Positions 24,287 to 38,322 of a stretch of 64,000 nucleotides of DNA are shown in pieces. The stretch is taken from positions 9,424,001-9,488,000 of the forward strand of contig OX597841.1 in the NCBI GenBank assembly GCA_951406725.2, given 5' to 3'. The position numbers and the translations under genes were made by a program. Within the stretch, counting starts at the first letter, position 1, and the number at the start of each line of letters is the position of its first letter. The notes under the pieces are model-generated. The model saw nothing but the letters and a program-made list of their open reading frames with translations. It was not told where the DNA came from and searched no databases. Source of the DNA: Octopus vulgaris. Taxonomy: Eukaryota.

Positions 24287-25622
24287 ATATATATATGTGT
24301 GTATGTATATATATATGATATGTATCTGTGCATGTATATATATGTGTGTGTGTATGTGTATATATGCGTGTGTGTATGTATATATATATATATATGTTAT
24401 TATTTATTTATCTAAAGGCTTATTATATACATATATATATATATGTGTGTGTGTATATATATATATATGTGTGTATGTATATATATGTGTGTGTGTATGT
24501 GTATATATATATATATATATGTGTTATTATTTAATTATCTAAATGTTATTATATACATATATATATATATGTATGTGTGTATGTATATATGTGTGTGTGT
24601 GTGTATGTATATATGTGTGTGTGTGCATGTATATATGTGTGTGTGTATGTATATATATATATATATGTTATTATTTATTTATCTAAAGGTTTATTATATA
24701 CATATATATATATATATGTATGTGTGTATGTATATATATGTGTGTGTGTATGTATATATATATATATATATGTTATTATTTATTTATGTAAAGGTTTATT
24801 ATATACATATATATATATATGTATGTGTGTATGTATATATATGTGTGTGTGTGTATGTATATATATGTGTGTGTGTGTTTCATGTTCGTCTCTGTTGCGT
24901 TGCATTCTTTCCTTCTGTGGCTGGCTGATTCGGAGCGGATCTCAGAATTAAACAGCCGAAATCTGCGATGAGGGATCAGTTTCTGACTGAGGATGAAGGC
25001 TTTGAATGACCCGTTTGTCTTTTTGTTCGTCCCTTCGTGTATTTCACGTTATTTATTTATGTAAAGGTTTATTATATATTTCGCAGCGTACGTGCATAAT
25101 AACTTCTTTATGTTTATCATATCAAAACCCCTGCACGATGTCTTTAAACTATTTTCTTTCCTTCGCCATTGCTTCGTTGCCAAATTGTTTTGGCGCCTTT
25201 TTCTCCCAGCCTCTCTGATTCCTTCTCTCCCTCTCTCTCTTGATCACTGCTTCTTCTCTGATTCCTTCTCTCCCTCTCTCTCTCTCGGTCACTGCTTCTG
25301 TCCTCGCCTTCTACCCTCCTTGGTCCCCTCTCTCTCTTAGCCCCTCCTCTCTCTTACCCTCTTGAGACTTGCTGCCTCAGCCATTCTCTTTCCATCGGCC
25401 ACTTGTTCAACATGTGTCTTATCACCGAAAAGGTAATTATTTTTCCACGCTTGCTGATATTGTTTTTGTGTCTCTCTTTTTGTGTTAAAGCCATAGGGCG
25501 CCTGTGTCATCCATGTTTTTAACCGTTACCGGTCGCACATTGGCGCACTTGATGCCATCTTTGAGAACGAGCGGGGCAAAGATGGCAAGAATGGAGACGA
25601 TGAAAGAAGTCACCCCCACCTG

Positions 25623-26258
25623 GTGGATTCCCGGGAGGAGGTTTTGAGTGAGAAACCTGCCCGGGAAGTGATCCCAGGTGCAAGTTCTCCAACCGGCAGC
25701 AAGGGCCATGGAGACAGAGAACCCGGTGAAGAGGTAGAGGGAGGAGGAAGAACTAAAAGAAGGACTGGAAGAGCTAAAGGAAAAGCTCAAGCAGGACCAA
25801 AGGGTGAAACAACCAGGAATAGAAGTGGAACCGCAAAAGATGGAAACAAACAGCGCACACGGGTGTGTTGGTTCTACCTGAGAGGTTTCTGCTGGCATGG
25901 AAAGCAAGGTGCAGGCTGCCGCTTTGCACATCGGGGACCCTGCCACAGAGACACGAGGCAGATGGACAAACCATCAACACAAGGAAAAAGGATGGACCAC
26001 GCACCACCTGCCCCAAAGCGGAGGTACGCAGATGTTGTGCGTGCCACAAACCGCCAACATGATGTTGTCGAAAGGGCAGCTGCTGAGCAACAATCTTTTT
26101 TGTGCATGGCACAAAAGATTGTACAGCAGCTGACCTGGCTTCATCAAACCCAAGCCCGCAGGTGGGACTACCCACTATATACAAGACCACCACAGCAAAC
26201 AGACCCAGGATGGACACCGCCGGCAACAACGTACACCTCACCTCGATGCTCCTACTGA
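25623..26258 (+). CDS. LINE ORF1-like protein, CCCH finger (copy 5)
   Basis: As copy 3. Confidence 0.62.
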   Translation: MDSREEVLSEKPAREVIPGASSPTGSKGHGDREPGEEVEGGGRTKRRTGRAKGKAQAGPKGETTRNRSGTAKDGNKQRTRVCWFYLRGFCWHGKQGAGCRFAHRGPCHRDTRQMDKPSTQGKRMDHAPPAPKRRYADVVRATNRQHDVVERAAAEQQSFLCMAQKIVQQLTWLHQTQARRWDYPLYTRPPQQTDPGWTPPATTYTSPRCSY

Positions 26259-27004
26259 ACATCAGAGGGCTGCAAACACTCAGTAACAGGACAAAAATCC
26301 CGTTCCTGAGAGACTTTGTTGCATGCAATCAAGCCTTATGCATAGCACTTACGGAAACGCACCTGAAACCGGACATAGCAGATGCGGAGTTACACATACC
26401 ACAGTATGCTGTACTACGGACCGACAGAAAAGAAAGGAGTCATGGAGGTGTTGCTATGTACATCCGTGAGGACCTCACACCCCAGGTCCTCTTGTCATAC
26501 TCAAACTCGGTGTGTGACACACTAATTGTACATATTAGGCAACTTGATGTAGTTGTGTGTGCTACATATCGCCCTCCAGATGCCCCAAGCCATGTGGGCA
26601 AGTTTGAAGACTGCCTTATAAAAATAGAAGAAGTTCTAACCACATTAGAACAACACATAAGTGTACTTCTTATGGGAGACTTCAATCTGCCCAGTGTCAG
26701 ATGGCCCGAGGGCCTTTCTCTCCCAGGAATGACAAGATGTGAACGAGGACAGGCGAGGTCCCTCCTGAACCTCATCAACACCCTGTACATGGAGCAGGTA
26801 ATACTCCAACCAACCAGGGCAGGTAACACACTGGATCTCTGCTTCACAAATGACATGGATCTCATCCATAATGTGAAAGTGACACCGACACTACTCTCGG
26901 ATCACAACATGATAGAGCTGACCAAAAGAGTACGGGCCAAAAGAGAGCACGGACATGCAGCCTACAAGAAACCCTCAGAATCTTTCCAGCTTGAACTACC
27001 ATAA
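26210..27004 (+). pseudogene. APE endonuclease part of ORF2 (copy 5)
   Basis: As copy 3. Confidence 0.9.
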
Positions 27005-27477
27005 GGCAAACTGGAAACAAATTGAGAAAGAGATCCTCAAACAAAACTGGCCTAAATGTCTCTCCTCGCCAGACATCGACGTGAAACTTCAACAATTCAT
27101 GTCTGTAATGCAAGCCATATGCTACAAATGTGTCCCAGAGAGAAAGGCCACTGTACACAAGAACAAAATCCCCAGAGAGAGGAAAATTTTAATGAGACGG
27201 CGTACAAAATTTTCAAATCGCCTAAGCAAACAGATTGAAAGCAGTGAAAAGTCCCGCCTAAAAATAAAACTGTTGGAAATCGAAAAATGTCTGCAACTCT
27301 CTCATGAAAAAGAAAGAGCAGACAAAGAAGCCTGGGCTATAGACAACATAAAATCTAACCCCAGAGCTTTCTACAGGTATGCCAAAGAAACAGCTACGGT
27401 GCACTGTAGAATAGGGCCACTCCTCGAAAAGGATGGCACACTTACAGGAAAACCAATGAGGGTAAGTGAAATACTGA

Positions 27478-29211
27478 ATGAGCAATTCAAGAGTGTTTTC
27501 ACTCCACCCCTTGGGCATCTCCAAATCACCAATCCAACTGACTTTTTTTACCACTGCAGATATAAAATCAGAGGCGGCGACGATAGATTACATCGATATA
27601 AAGGAAGACGATGTAATCAAGGCTATAGATGAAATGAAAACAGACTCAGCTACTGGCCCCGATGGATTCCCGGCAATCCTCCTAAAAGCATGTAAGAGAG
27701 TCCTAGCAAGACCACTGCAGTTCCTCTTTCAGAGCTTCCTTGCAGCTGGCAAACTTCCAAGAAAACTGAAGGAAGGTAAAATATGCCCCATTCATAAAGG
27801 AGGTAGCAGAGCGGAAGCCAAGAACTACAGACCTATCTCTCTGACCTCACACATCAGCAAGGTCATGGAACGAATAGTCAGAAGGAAGCTGATCACCTTC
27901 CTTGAAGAGAATGACTTGCTGCCCGACACCCAACATGGTTTCCGACCAGGGAGAAGCTGTTTAACTCAGCTCCTACAACACTATGACTGGGTGCTGAAAC
28001 GGCTGCTCAACCACTCAAATGTGGAAGTGATATATCTCGACTTTGCAAAGGCCTTTGATAAAGTCGATCATGGAATGATATGTCACAAACTGCGTGATCT
28101 CAACATAGTTGGAAAACTGGGAGAATGGCTCCATGACTTTCTGAAAGATAGAAGTCAGGTGGTAGTAGCCAATGGGGCCACTTCCATTAACACGCAAATA
28201 GTGAGCGGTGTCCCGCAGGGCACTGTTCTGGGACCACTACTGTTCATAATGGCCCTCTCAGACATGCCCTCAGCCACGCAGAGAGCCACGATCACAAGTT
28301 ATGCAGATGATACAAAAGTTTCACAGGCAATACAGAACCCTGAGGACACTAAGCACCTGCAATGTGAGCTGGACAAAATATACAAGTGGGCTGAAAAGAA
28401 TAGCATGCAGTTCAATGCTGAAAAGTTTCAAGCTCTATACTATCAGCATGCAAAACTAAATGCAATACCCAATGAATACACCGGACCCGGAGGAATAGCA
28501 ATCCCAGAGGCACAATCAGTGCGTGACCTAGGTATTTACATGAGTGATGACGCGACCTTTCGTGTACATGTTGCTAAATTGGCAATGAAATGTAGAAGAC
28601 TGGCCGGATGGATCCTCAGAACCTTTAGAACAAGAGAACAAGAAACCATGATGGTCCTCTGGAGGACACTTGTCCTAAGCCACTTTGACTACTGCTCTCA
28701 GTTATGGTCACCATCCAGTGTCAAGTTGATCACAGAGCTCGAGGCGATCCAACGTAGCTACACGAAGAAGATAGCCTCTATGCAGAATGTAAGCTACTGG
28801 GAAAGACTGAAGAGATTAAAACTGTATTCCCTGGAGCGTAGGCGGGAAAGATATGCCATAATATACATCTGGAAGATCCTGGAGGGACGTGTCCTAAACT
28901 TTGGCATCGAGAGTTACGCAAATGCCAGAACTGGGCGCCACTGCGTGGTGCCTAGGACTCCAAACTCGCCATCAAGATGTAGGACAAGATTCTGTGATAG
29001 CCTGGGCTTCCGAGGCCCACAGCTCTTCAATATCCTCCCGAAGAACCTGAGAGACCTGCATGGGGTGGATGCAGATGTCTTTAAAATGAAACTGGATCTC
29101 TTCCTGTCAGGTGTCCCAGATGAACCAACTTCACGGCAGGAGGTGCAGATGAGGGCAGCTGCATCGAACTCTCTCATGCACCAAATGGCAGTTGCTAAAA
29201 AGCTTTCGTGA
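27478..29211 (+). CDS. Non-LTR reverse transcriptase (copy 5)
   Basis: Same 577-aa ORF. Confidence 0.93.
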   Translation: MSNSRVFSLHPLGISKSPIQLTFFTTADIKSEAATIDYIDIKEDDVIKAIDEMKTDSATGPDGFPAILLKACKRVLARPLQFLFQSFLAAGKLPRKLKEGKICPIHKGGSRAEAKNYRPISLTSHISKVMERIVRRKLITFLEENDLLPDTQHGFRPGRSCLTQLLQHYDWVLKRLLNHSNVEVIYLDFAKAFDKVDHGMICHKLRDLNIVGKLGEWLHDFLKDRSQVVVANGATSINTQIVSGVPQGTVLGPLLFIMALSDMPSATQRATITSYADDTKVSQAIQNPEDTKHLQCELDKIYKWAEKNSMQFNAEKFQALYYQHAKLNAIPNEYTGPGGIAIPEAQSVRDLGIYMSDDATFRVHVAKLAMKCRRLAGWILRTFRTREQETMMVLWRTLVLSHFDYCSQLWSPSSVKLITELEAIQRSYTKKIASMQNVSYWERLKRLKLYSLERRRERYAIIYIWKILEGRVLNFGIESYANARTGRHCVVPRTPNSPSRCRTRFCDSLGFRGPQLFNILPKNLRDLHGVDADVFKMKLDLFLSGVPDEPTSRQEVQMRAAASNSLMHQMAVAKKLS

Positions 29212-29519
29212 AGTAAAACCAAGTAGCAACACCAAATGGCGGTGCCCCAGCATGGCCACAGCTCATAAGCTGAAACTAGAATCAATCGATCAATCAATCA
29301 ATCATGTCTCCAAAAAAGATTTTTCGTTTCATGTTCGTCTCTGTTGCGTTGCATTCTTTCCTTCTGTGGCTGGCTGATTCGGAGCGGATCTCAGAATTGA
29401 ACGGCCGAAATCTGCGATGAGGGATCAGTTTCTGACTGAAGAATGAAGGCTTTGAATGACCCGTTTGTCTTTTTGTTCGTCCCTTCGTGTATTTCACGTT
29501 ATTTATTTATGTAAATGTT

Positions 29520-29561
<42 letters not shown>

Positions 29562-30297
29562 ATGTATGTATATATGTATGTATGTATGTATGTATATATA
29601 TATATGTGTGTATATATATATATGTGTGTGTGTATGTATATATATATATGTGTGTGTGTGTATGTATATATGTGTGTGTATGTATATATGTATGTGTGTG
29701 TGTATGTATATATATATATGTGTGTATGTATATATATGTGTGTTTGTGTGTGTATGTATATATATGTGTGTGTGTGTGTGTAAGTATATATATGTGTGTT
29801 TGTGTGTGTGTGTATGTATATATGTGTGTGTGTGTGTATGTATATATATGTGTGTGTGTGCATGTATATATATGTGTGTGTGTATGTGTATATATGCGTG
29901 TGTGTATGTATATATATATATATATGTTATTATTTATTTATCTAAAGGCTTATTATATACATATATATATATATGTGTGTGTGTGTATATATATATATAT
30001 ATGTTATTATTTATTTATCTAAAGGTTTATTATATACATATATATATATATGTGTGTATGTATATATATGTGTGTGTGTATGTGTATATATATATATATA
30101 TGTGTTATTATTTAATTATCTAAAAGTTATTATATACATATATATATATATGTATGTGTGTATGTATATATGTGTGTGTGTGTGTATGTATATATGTTTG
30201 TGTGTGCATGTATATATATGTGTGTGTGTATGTATATATATATATATATGTTATTATTTATTTATCCAAAGGTTTATTATATACATATATATATATA

Positions 30298-30328
<31 letters not shown>

Positions 30329-31281
30329 GTTATTATTTATTTATCTAAAGGTTTATTATATACATATATATATATATGTATGTGTGTATGTATATATATG
30401 TGTGTGTGTATGTATATATATATATATATATGTTATTATTTATTTATGTAAAGGTTTATTATATACATATATATATATATGTATGTGTGTATGTATATAT
30501 ATGTGTGTGTGTGTATGTATATATATGTGTGTGTGTGTTTCATGTTCGTCTCTGTTGCGTTGCATTCTTTCCTTCTGTGGCTGGCTGATTCGGAGCGGAT
30601 CTCAGAATTAAACAGCCGAAATCTGCGATGAGGGATCAGTTTCTGACTGAGGATGAAGGCTTTGAATGACCCGTTTGTCTTTTTGTTCGTCCCTTCGTGT
30701 ATTTCACGTTAGTTATTTATGTAAAGGTTTATTATATATTTCGCAGCGTACGTGCATAATAACTTCTTTATGTTTATCATATCAAAACCCCTGCACGATG
30801 TCTTTAAACTATTTTCTTTCCTTCGCCATTGCTTCGTTGCCAAATTGTTTTGGCGCCTTTTTCTCCCAGCCTCTCTGATTCCTTCTCTCCCTCTCTCTCT
30901 TGATCACTGCTTCTTCTCTGATTCCTTCTCTCCCTCTCTCTCTCTCGGTCACTGCTTCTGTCCTCGCCTTCTACCCTCCTTGGTCCCCCTCTCTCTTAGC
31001 CCCTCCTCTCTCTTACCCTCTTGCGACTTGCTGCCTCAGCCATTCTCTTTCCATCGGCCACTTGTTCAACATGTGTCTTATCACCGAAAAGGTAATTATT
31101 TTTCCACGCTTGCTGATATTGTTTTTGTGTCTCTCTTTTTGTGTTAAAGCCATAGGGCGCCTGTGTCATCCATGTTTTTAACCGTTACCGGTCGCACATT
31201 GGCGCACTTGATGCCATCTTTGAGAACGAGCGGGGCAAAGATGGCAAGAATGGAGACGATGAAAGAAGTCACCCCCACCTG

Positions 31282-31917
31282 GTGGATTCCCGGGAGGAGG
31301 TTTTGAGTGAGAAACCTGCCCGGAAAGTGATCCCAGGTGCAAGTTCTCCAACCGGCAGCAAGGGCCATGGAGACGGAGAACCCGGTGAAGAGGTAGAGGG
31401 AGGAGGAAGAACTAAAAGAAGGACTGGAAGAGCTAAAGGAAAAGCTCAAGCAGGACCAAAGGGTGAAACAACCAGGAATAGAAGTGGAACCGCAAAAGAT
31501 GGAAACAAACAGCGCACACGGGTGTGTAGGTTCTACCTGAGAGGTTCCTGCTGGCATGGAAAGCAAGGTGCAGGCTGCCGCTTTGCACATCGGGGACCCT
31601 GCCACAGAGACACGAGGCAGATGGACAAACCATCAACACAAGGAAAAAGGATGGACCACGCACCACCTGCCCCAAAGCGGAGGTACGCAGATGTTGTGCG
31701 TGCCACAAACCGCCAACATGATGTTGTCGAAAGGGCAGCTGCTGAGCAACAATCTTTTTTGTGCATGGCACAAAAGATTGTACAGCAGCTGACCTGGCTT
31801 CATCAAACCCAAGCCCGCAGGTGGGACTACCCACTATATACAAGACCACCACAGCAAACAGACCCAGGATGGACACCGCCGGCAACAACGTACACCTCAC
31901 CTCGATGCTCCTACTGA
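31282..31917 (+). CDS. LINE ORF1-like protein, CCCH finger (copy 6)
   Basis: As copy 3. Confidence 0.65.
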   Translation: MDSREEVLSEKPARKVIPGASSPTGSKGHGDGEPGEEVEGGGRTKRRTGRAKGKAQAGPKGETTRNRSGTAKDGNKQRTRVCRFYLRGSCWHGKQGAGCRFAHRGPCHRDTRQMDKPSTQGKRMDHAPPAPKRRYADVVRATNRQHDVVERAAAEQQSFLCMAQKIVQQLTWLHQTQARRWDYPLYTRPPQQTDPGWTPPATTYTSPRCSY

Positions 31918-32663
31918 ACATCAGAGGGCTGCAAACACTCAGTAACAGGACAAAAATCCCGTTCCTGAGAGACTTTGTTGCATGCAATCAAGCCTTATGC
32001 ATAGCACTTACGGAAACGCACCTGAAACCGGACATAGCAGATGCGGAGTTACACATACCACAGTATGCTGTACTACGGACCGACAGAAAAGAAAGGAGTC
32101 ATGGAGGTGTTGCTATGTACATCCGTGAGGACCTCACACCCCAGGTCCTCTTGTCATACTCAAACTCGGTGTGTGACACACTAATTGTACATATTAGGCA
32201 ACTTGATGTAGTTGTGTGTGCTACATATCGCCCTCCAGATGCCCCAAGCCATGTGGGCAAGTTTGAAGACTGCCTTATAAAAATAGAAGAAGTTCTAACC
32301 ACATTAGAACAACACATAAGTGTACTTCTTATGGGAGACTTCAATCTGCCCAGTGTCAGATGGCCCGAGGGCCTTTCTCTCCCAGGAATGACAAGATGTG
32401 AACGAGGACAGGCGAGGTCCCTCCTGAACCTCATCAACACCCTGTACATGGAGCAGGTAATACTCCAACCAACCAGGGCAGGTAACACACTGGATCTCTG
32501 CTTCACAAATGACATGGATCTCATCCATAATGTGAAAGTGACACCGACACTACTCTCGGATCACAACATGATAGAGCTGACCAAAAGAGTACGGGCCAAA
32601 AGAGAGCACGGACATGCAGCCTACAAGAAACCCTCAGAATCTTTCCAGCTTGAACTACCATAA
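31869..32663 (+). pseudogene. APE endonuclease part of ORF2 (copy 6)
   Basis: As copy 3. Confidence 0.9.
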
Positions 32664-33136
32664 GGCAAACTGGAAACAAATTGAGAAAGAGATCCTCAAA
32701 CAAAACTGGCCTAAATGTCTCTCCTCGCCAGACATCGACGTGAAACTTCAACAATTCATGTCTGTAATGCAAGCCATATGCTACAAATGTGTCCCAGAGA
32801 GAAAGGCCACTGTACACAAGAACAAAATCCCCAGAGAGAGGAAAATTTTAATGAGACGGCGTACAAAATTTTCAAATCGCCTAAGCAAACAGATTGAAAG
32901 CAGTGAAAAGTCCCGCCTAAAAATAAAACTGTTGGAAATCGAAAAATGTCTGCAACTCTCTCATGAAAAAGAAAGAGCAGACAAAGAAGCCTGGGCTATA
33001 GACAACATAAAATCTAACCCCAGAGCTTTCTACAGGTATGCCAAAGAAACAGCTACGGTGCACTGTAGAATAGGGCCACTCCTCGAAAAGGATGGCACAC
33101 TTACAGGAAAACCAATGAGGGTAAGTGAAATACTGA

Positions 33137-34868
33137 ATGAGCAATTCAAGAGTGTTTTCACTCCACCCCTTGGGCATCTCCAAATCACCAATCCAACTGA
33201 CTTTTTTTACCACTGCAGATATAAAATCAGAGGCGGCGACGATAGATTACATCGATATAAAGGAAGACGATGTAATCAAGGCTATAGATGAAATGAAAAC
33301 AGACTCAGCTACTGGCCCCGATGGATTCCCGGCAATCCTCCTAAAAGCATGTAAGAGAGTCCTAGCAAGACCACTGCAGTTCCTCTTTCAGAGCTTCCTT
33401 GCAGCTGGCAAACTTCCAAGAAAACTGAAGGAAGGTAAAATATGCCCCATTCATAAAGGAGGTAGCAGAGCGGAAGCCAAGAACTACAGACCTATCTCTG
33501 ACCTCACACATCAGCAAGGTCATGGAACGAATAGTCAGAAGGAAGCTGATCACCTTCCTTGAAGAGAATGACTTACTGCCCGACACCCAACATGGTTTCC
33601 GACCAGGGAGAAGCTGTTTAACTCAGCTCCTACAACACTATGACTGGGTGCTGAAACGGCTGCTCAACCACTCAAATGTGGAAGTGATATATCTCGACTT
33701 TGCAAAGGCCTTTGATAAAGTCGATCATGGAATGATATGTCACAAACTGCGTGATCTCAACATAGTTGGAAAACTGGGAGAATGGCTCCATGACTTTCTG
33801 AAAGATAGAAGTCAGGTGGTAGTAGCCAATGGGGCCACTTCCATTAACACGCAAATAGTGAGCGGTGTCCCGCAGGGCACTGTTCTGGGACCACTACTGT
33901 TCATAATGGCCCTCTCAGACATGCCCTCAGCCACGCAGAGAGCCACGATCACAAGTTATGCAGATGATACAAAAGTTTCACAGGCAATACAGAACCCTGA
34001 GGACACTAAGCACCTGCAATGTGAGCTGGACAAAATATACAAGTGGGCTGAAAAGAATAGCATGCAGTTCAATGCTGAAAAGTTTCAAGCTCTATACTAT
34101 CAGCATGCAAAACTAAATGCAATACCCAATGAATACACCGGACCCGGAGGAATAGCAATCCCAGAGGCACAATCAGTGCGTGACCTAGGTATTTACATGA
34201 GTGATGACGCGACCTTTCGTGTACATGTTGCTAAATTGGCAATGAAATGTAGAAGACTGGCCGGATGGATCCTCAGAACCTTTAGAACAAGAGAACAAGA
34301 AACCATGATGGTCCTCTGGAGGACACTTGTCCTAAGCCACTTTGACTACTGCTCTCAGTTATGGTCACCATCCAGTGTCAAGTTGATCACAGAGCTCGAG
34401 GCGATCCAACGTAGCTACACGAAGAAGATAGCCTCTATGCAGAATGTAAGCTACTGGGAAAGACTGAAGAGATTAAAACTGTATTCCCTGGAGCGTAGGC
34501 GGGAAAGATATGCCATAATATACATCTGGAAGATCCTGGAGGGACGTGTCCTAAACTTTGGCATCGAGAGTTACGCAAATGCCAGAACTGGGCGCCACTG
34601 CGTGGTGCCTAGGACTCCAAACTCGCCATCAAGATGTAGGACAAGATTCTGTGATAGCCTGGGCTTCCGAGGCCCACAGCTCTTCAATATCCTCCCGAAG
34701 AACCTGAGAGACCTGCATGGGGTGGATGCAGATGTCTTTAAAATGAAACTGGATCTCTTCCTGTCAGGTGTCCCAGATGAACCAACTTCACGGCAGGAGG
34801 TGCAGATGAGGGCAGCTGCATCGAACTCTCTCATGCACCAAATGGCAGTTGCTAAAAAGCTTTCGTGA
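33137..34868 (+). pseudogene. RT part of ORF2 (copy 6), frameshifted
   Basis: Split into 141-aa and 448-aa ORFs. Confidence 0.9.
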
Positions 34869-35173
34869 AGTAAAACCAAGTAGCAACACCAAATGGCGGT
34901 GCCCCAGCATGGCCACAGCTCATAAGCTGAAACTAGAATCAATCGATCAATCAATCAATCATGTCTCCAAAAAAGATTTTTCGTTTCATGTTCGTCTCTG
35001 TTGCGTTGCATTCTTTCCTTCTGTGGCTGGCTGATTCGGAGCGGATCTCAGAATTGAACGGCCGAAATCTGCGATGAGGGATCAGTTTCTGACTGAAGAA
35101 TGAAGGCTTTGAATGACCCGTTTGTCTTTTTGTTCGTCCCTTCGTGTATTTCACGTTATTTATTTATGTAAAT

Positions 35174-35219
<46 letters not shown>

Positions 35220-35959
35220 ATGTATGTATATATGTATGTATGTATGTATGTATATATATATATGTGTGTATGTATATATATATGTGTGTGTGTATGTATA
35301 TATATATATGTGTGTGTGTGTATGTATATATGTGTGTGTATGTATATATGTATGTGTGTGTGTATGTATATATATATATATGTGTGTATGTATATATATG
35401 TGTGTTTGTGTGTGTATGTATATATATGTGTGTGTGTGTGTGTAAGTATATATATGTGTGTTTGTGTGTGTGTGTATGTATATATGTGTGTGTGTGTGTA
35501 TGTATATATATGTGTGTGTGTGCATGTATATATATGTGTGTGTGTATGTGTATATATGCGTGTGTGTATGTATATATATATATATATGTTATTATTTATT
35601 TATCTAAAGGCTTATTATATACATATATATATATATGTGTGTGTGTGTATATATATATATATATGTTATTATTTATTTATCTAAAGGTTTATTATATACA
35701 TATATATATATATGTGTGTATGTATATATATGTGTGTGTGTATGTGTATATATATATATATATGTGTTATTATTTAATTATCTAAAAGTTATTATATACA
35801 TATATATATATATGTATGTGTGTATGTATATATGTGTGTGTGTGTGTATGTATATATGTTTGTGTGTGCATGTATATATATGTGTGTGTGTATGTATATA
35901 TATATATATATGTTATTATTTATTTATCCAAAGGTTTATTATATACATATATATATATA

Positions 35960-35990
<31 letters not shown>

Positions 35991-36941
35991 GTTATTATTT
36001 ATTTATCTAAAGGTTTATTATATACATATATATATATATGTATGTGTGTATGTATATATATGTGTGTGTGTATGTATATATATATATATATATGTTATTA
36101 TTTATTTATGTAAAGGTTTATTATATACATATATATATATATGTATGTGTGTATGTATATATATGTGTGTGTGTGTATGTATATATATGTGTGTGTGTGT
36201 TTCATGTTCGTCTCTGTTGCGTTGCATTCTTTCCTTCTGTGGCTGGCTGATTCGGAGCGGATCTCAGAATTAAACAGCCGAAATCTGCGATGAGGGATCA
36301 GTTTCTGACTGAGGATGAAGGCTTTGAATGACCCGTTTGTCTTTTTGTTCGTCCCTTCGTGTATTTCACGTTAGTTATTTATGTAAAGGTTTATTATATA
36401 TTTCGCAGCGTACGTGCATAATAACTTCTTTATGTTTATCATATCAAAACCCCTGCACGATGTCTTTAAACTATTTTCTTTCCTTCGCCATTGCTTCGTT
36501 GCCAAATTGTTTTGGCGCCTTTTTCTCCCAGCCTCTCTGATTCCTTCTCTCCCTCTCTCTTGATCACTGCTTCTTCTCTGATTCGTTCTCTCCCACTCTC
36601 TCTCTCGGTCACTGCTTCTGTCCTCGCCTTCTACCCTCCTTGGTCCCCCTCTCTCTTAGCCCCTCCTCTCTCTTACCCTCTTGCGACTTGCTGCCTCAGC
36701 CATTCTCTTTCCATCGGCCACTTGTTCAACATGTGTCTTATCACCGAAAAGGTAATTATTTTTCCACGCTTGCTGATATTGTTTTTGTGTCTCTCTTTTT
36801 GTGTTAAAGCCATAGGGCGCCTGTGTCATCCATGTTTTTAACCGTTACCGGTCGCACATTGGCGCACTTGATGCCATCTTTGAGAACGAGCGGGGCAAAG
36901 ATGGCAAGAATGGAGACGATGAAAGAAGTCACCCCCACCTG

Positions 36942-37451
36942 GTGGATTCCCGGGAGGAGGTTTTGAGTGAGAAACCTGCCCGGGAAGTGATCCCAGGTGC
37001 AAGTTCTCCAACCGGCAGCAAGGGCCATGGAGACGGAGAACCCGGTGAAGAGGTAGAGGGAGGAGGAAGAACTAAAAGAAGGACTGGAAGAGCTAAAGGA
37101 AAAGCTCAAGCAGGACCAAAGGGTGAAACAACCAGGAATAGAAGTGGAACCGCAAAAGATGGAAACAAACAGCGCACACGGGTGTGTAGGTTCTACCTGA
37201 GAGGTTCCTGCTGGCATGGAAAGCAAGGTGCAGGCTGCCGCTTTGCACATCGGGGACCCTGCCACAGAGACACGAGGCAGATGGACAAACCATCAACACA
37301 AGGAAAAAGGATGGACCACGCACCACCTGCCCCAAAGCGGAGGTACGCAGATGTTGTGCGTGCCACAAACCGCCAACATGATGTTGTCGAAAGGGCAGCT
37401 GCTGAGCAACAATCTTTTTGTGCATGGCACAAAAGATTGTACAGCAGCTGA
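36942..37451 (+). pseudogene. LINE ORF1, frameshifted (copy 7)
   Basis: T6 to T5 change near 37415 alters the C-terminus. Confidence 0.6.
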
Positions 37452-37527
37452 CCTGGCTTCATCAAACCCAAGCCCGCAGGTGGGACTACCCACTATATAC
37501 AAGACCACCACAGCAAACAGACCCAGG

Positions 37528-38322
37528 ATGGACACCGCCGGCAACAACGTACACCTCACCTCGATGCTCCTACTGAACATCAGAGGGCTGCAAACACTCA
37601 GTAACAGGACAAAAATCCCGTTCCTGAGAGACTTTGTTGCATGCAATCAAGCCTTATGCATAGCACTTACGGAAACGCACCTGAAACCGGACATAGCAGA
37701 TGCGGAGTTACACATACCACAGTATGCTGTACTACGGACCGACAGAAAAGAAAGGAGTCATGGAGGTGTTGCTATGTACATCCGTGAGGACCTCACACCC
37801 CAGGTCCTCTTGTCATACTCAAACTCGGTGTGTGACACACTAATTGTACATATTAGGCAACTTGATGTAGTTGTGTGTGCTACATATCGCCCTCCAGATG
37901 CCCCAAGCCATGTGGGCAAGTTTGAAGACTGCCTTATAAAAATAGAAGAAGTTCTAACCACATTAGAACAACACATAAGTGTACTTCTTATGGGAGACTT
38001 CAATCTGCCCAGTGTCAGATGGCCCGAGGGCCTTTCTCTCCCAGGAATGACAAGATGTGAACGAGGACAGGCGAGGTCCCTCCTGAACCTCATCAACACC
38101 CTGTACATGGAGCAGGTAATACTCCAACCAACCAGGGCAGGTAACACACTGGATCTCTGCTTCACAAATGACATGGATCTCATCCATAATGTGAAAGTGA
38201 CACCGACACTACTCTCGGATCACAACATGATAGAGCTGACCAAAAGAGTACGGGCCAAAAGAGAGCACGGACATGCAGCCTACAAGAAACCCTCAGAATC
38301 TTTCCAGCTTGAACTACCATAA
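37528..38322 (+). pseudogene. APE endonuclease part of ORF2 (copy 7)
   Basis: As copy 3. Confidence 0.9.

Larger units (their letters stand above)
25080..29304 (+). mobile_element. CR1-group LINE, array copy 5
   Basis: Same organisation. Private substitutions in the ORF1 finger (CWFYLRGFC). Confidence 0.93.
30740..34961 (+). mobile_element. CR1-group LINE, array copy 6
   Basis: Same organisation. A 2-bp deletion near 33497 splits RT. Confidence 0.93.
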
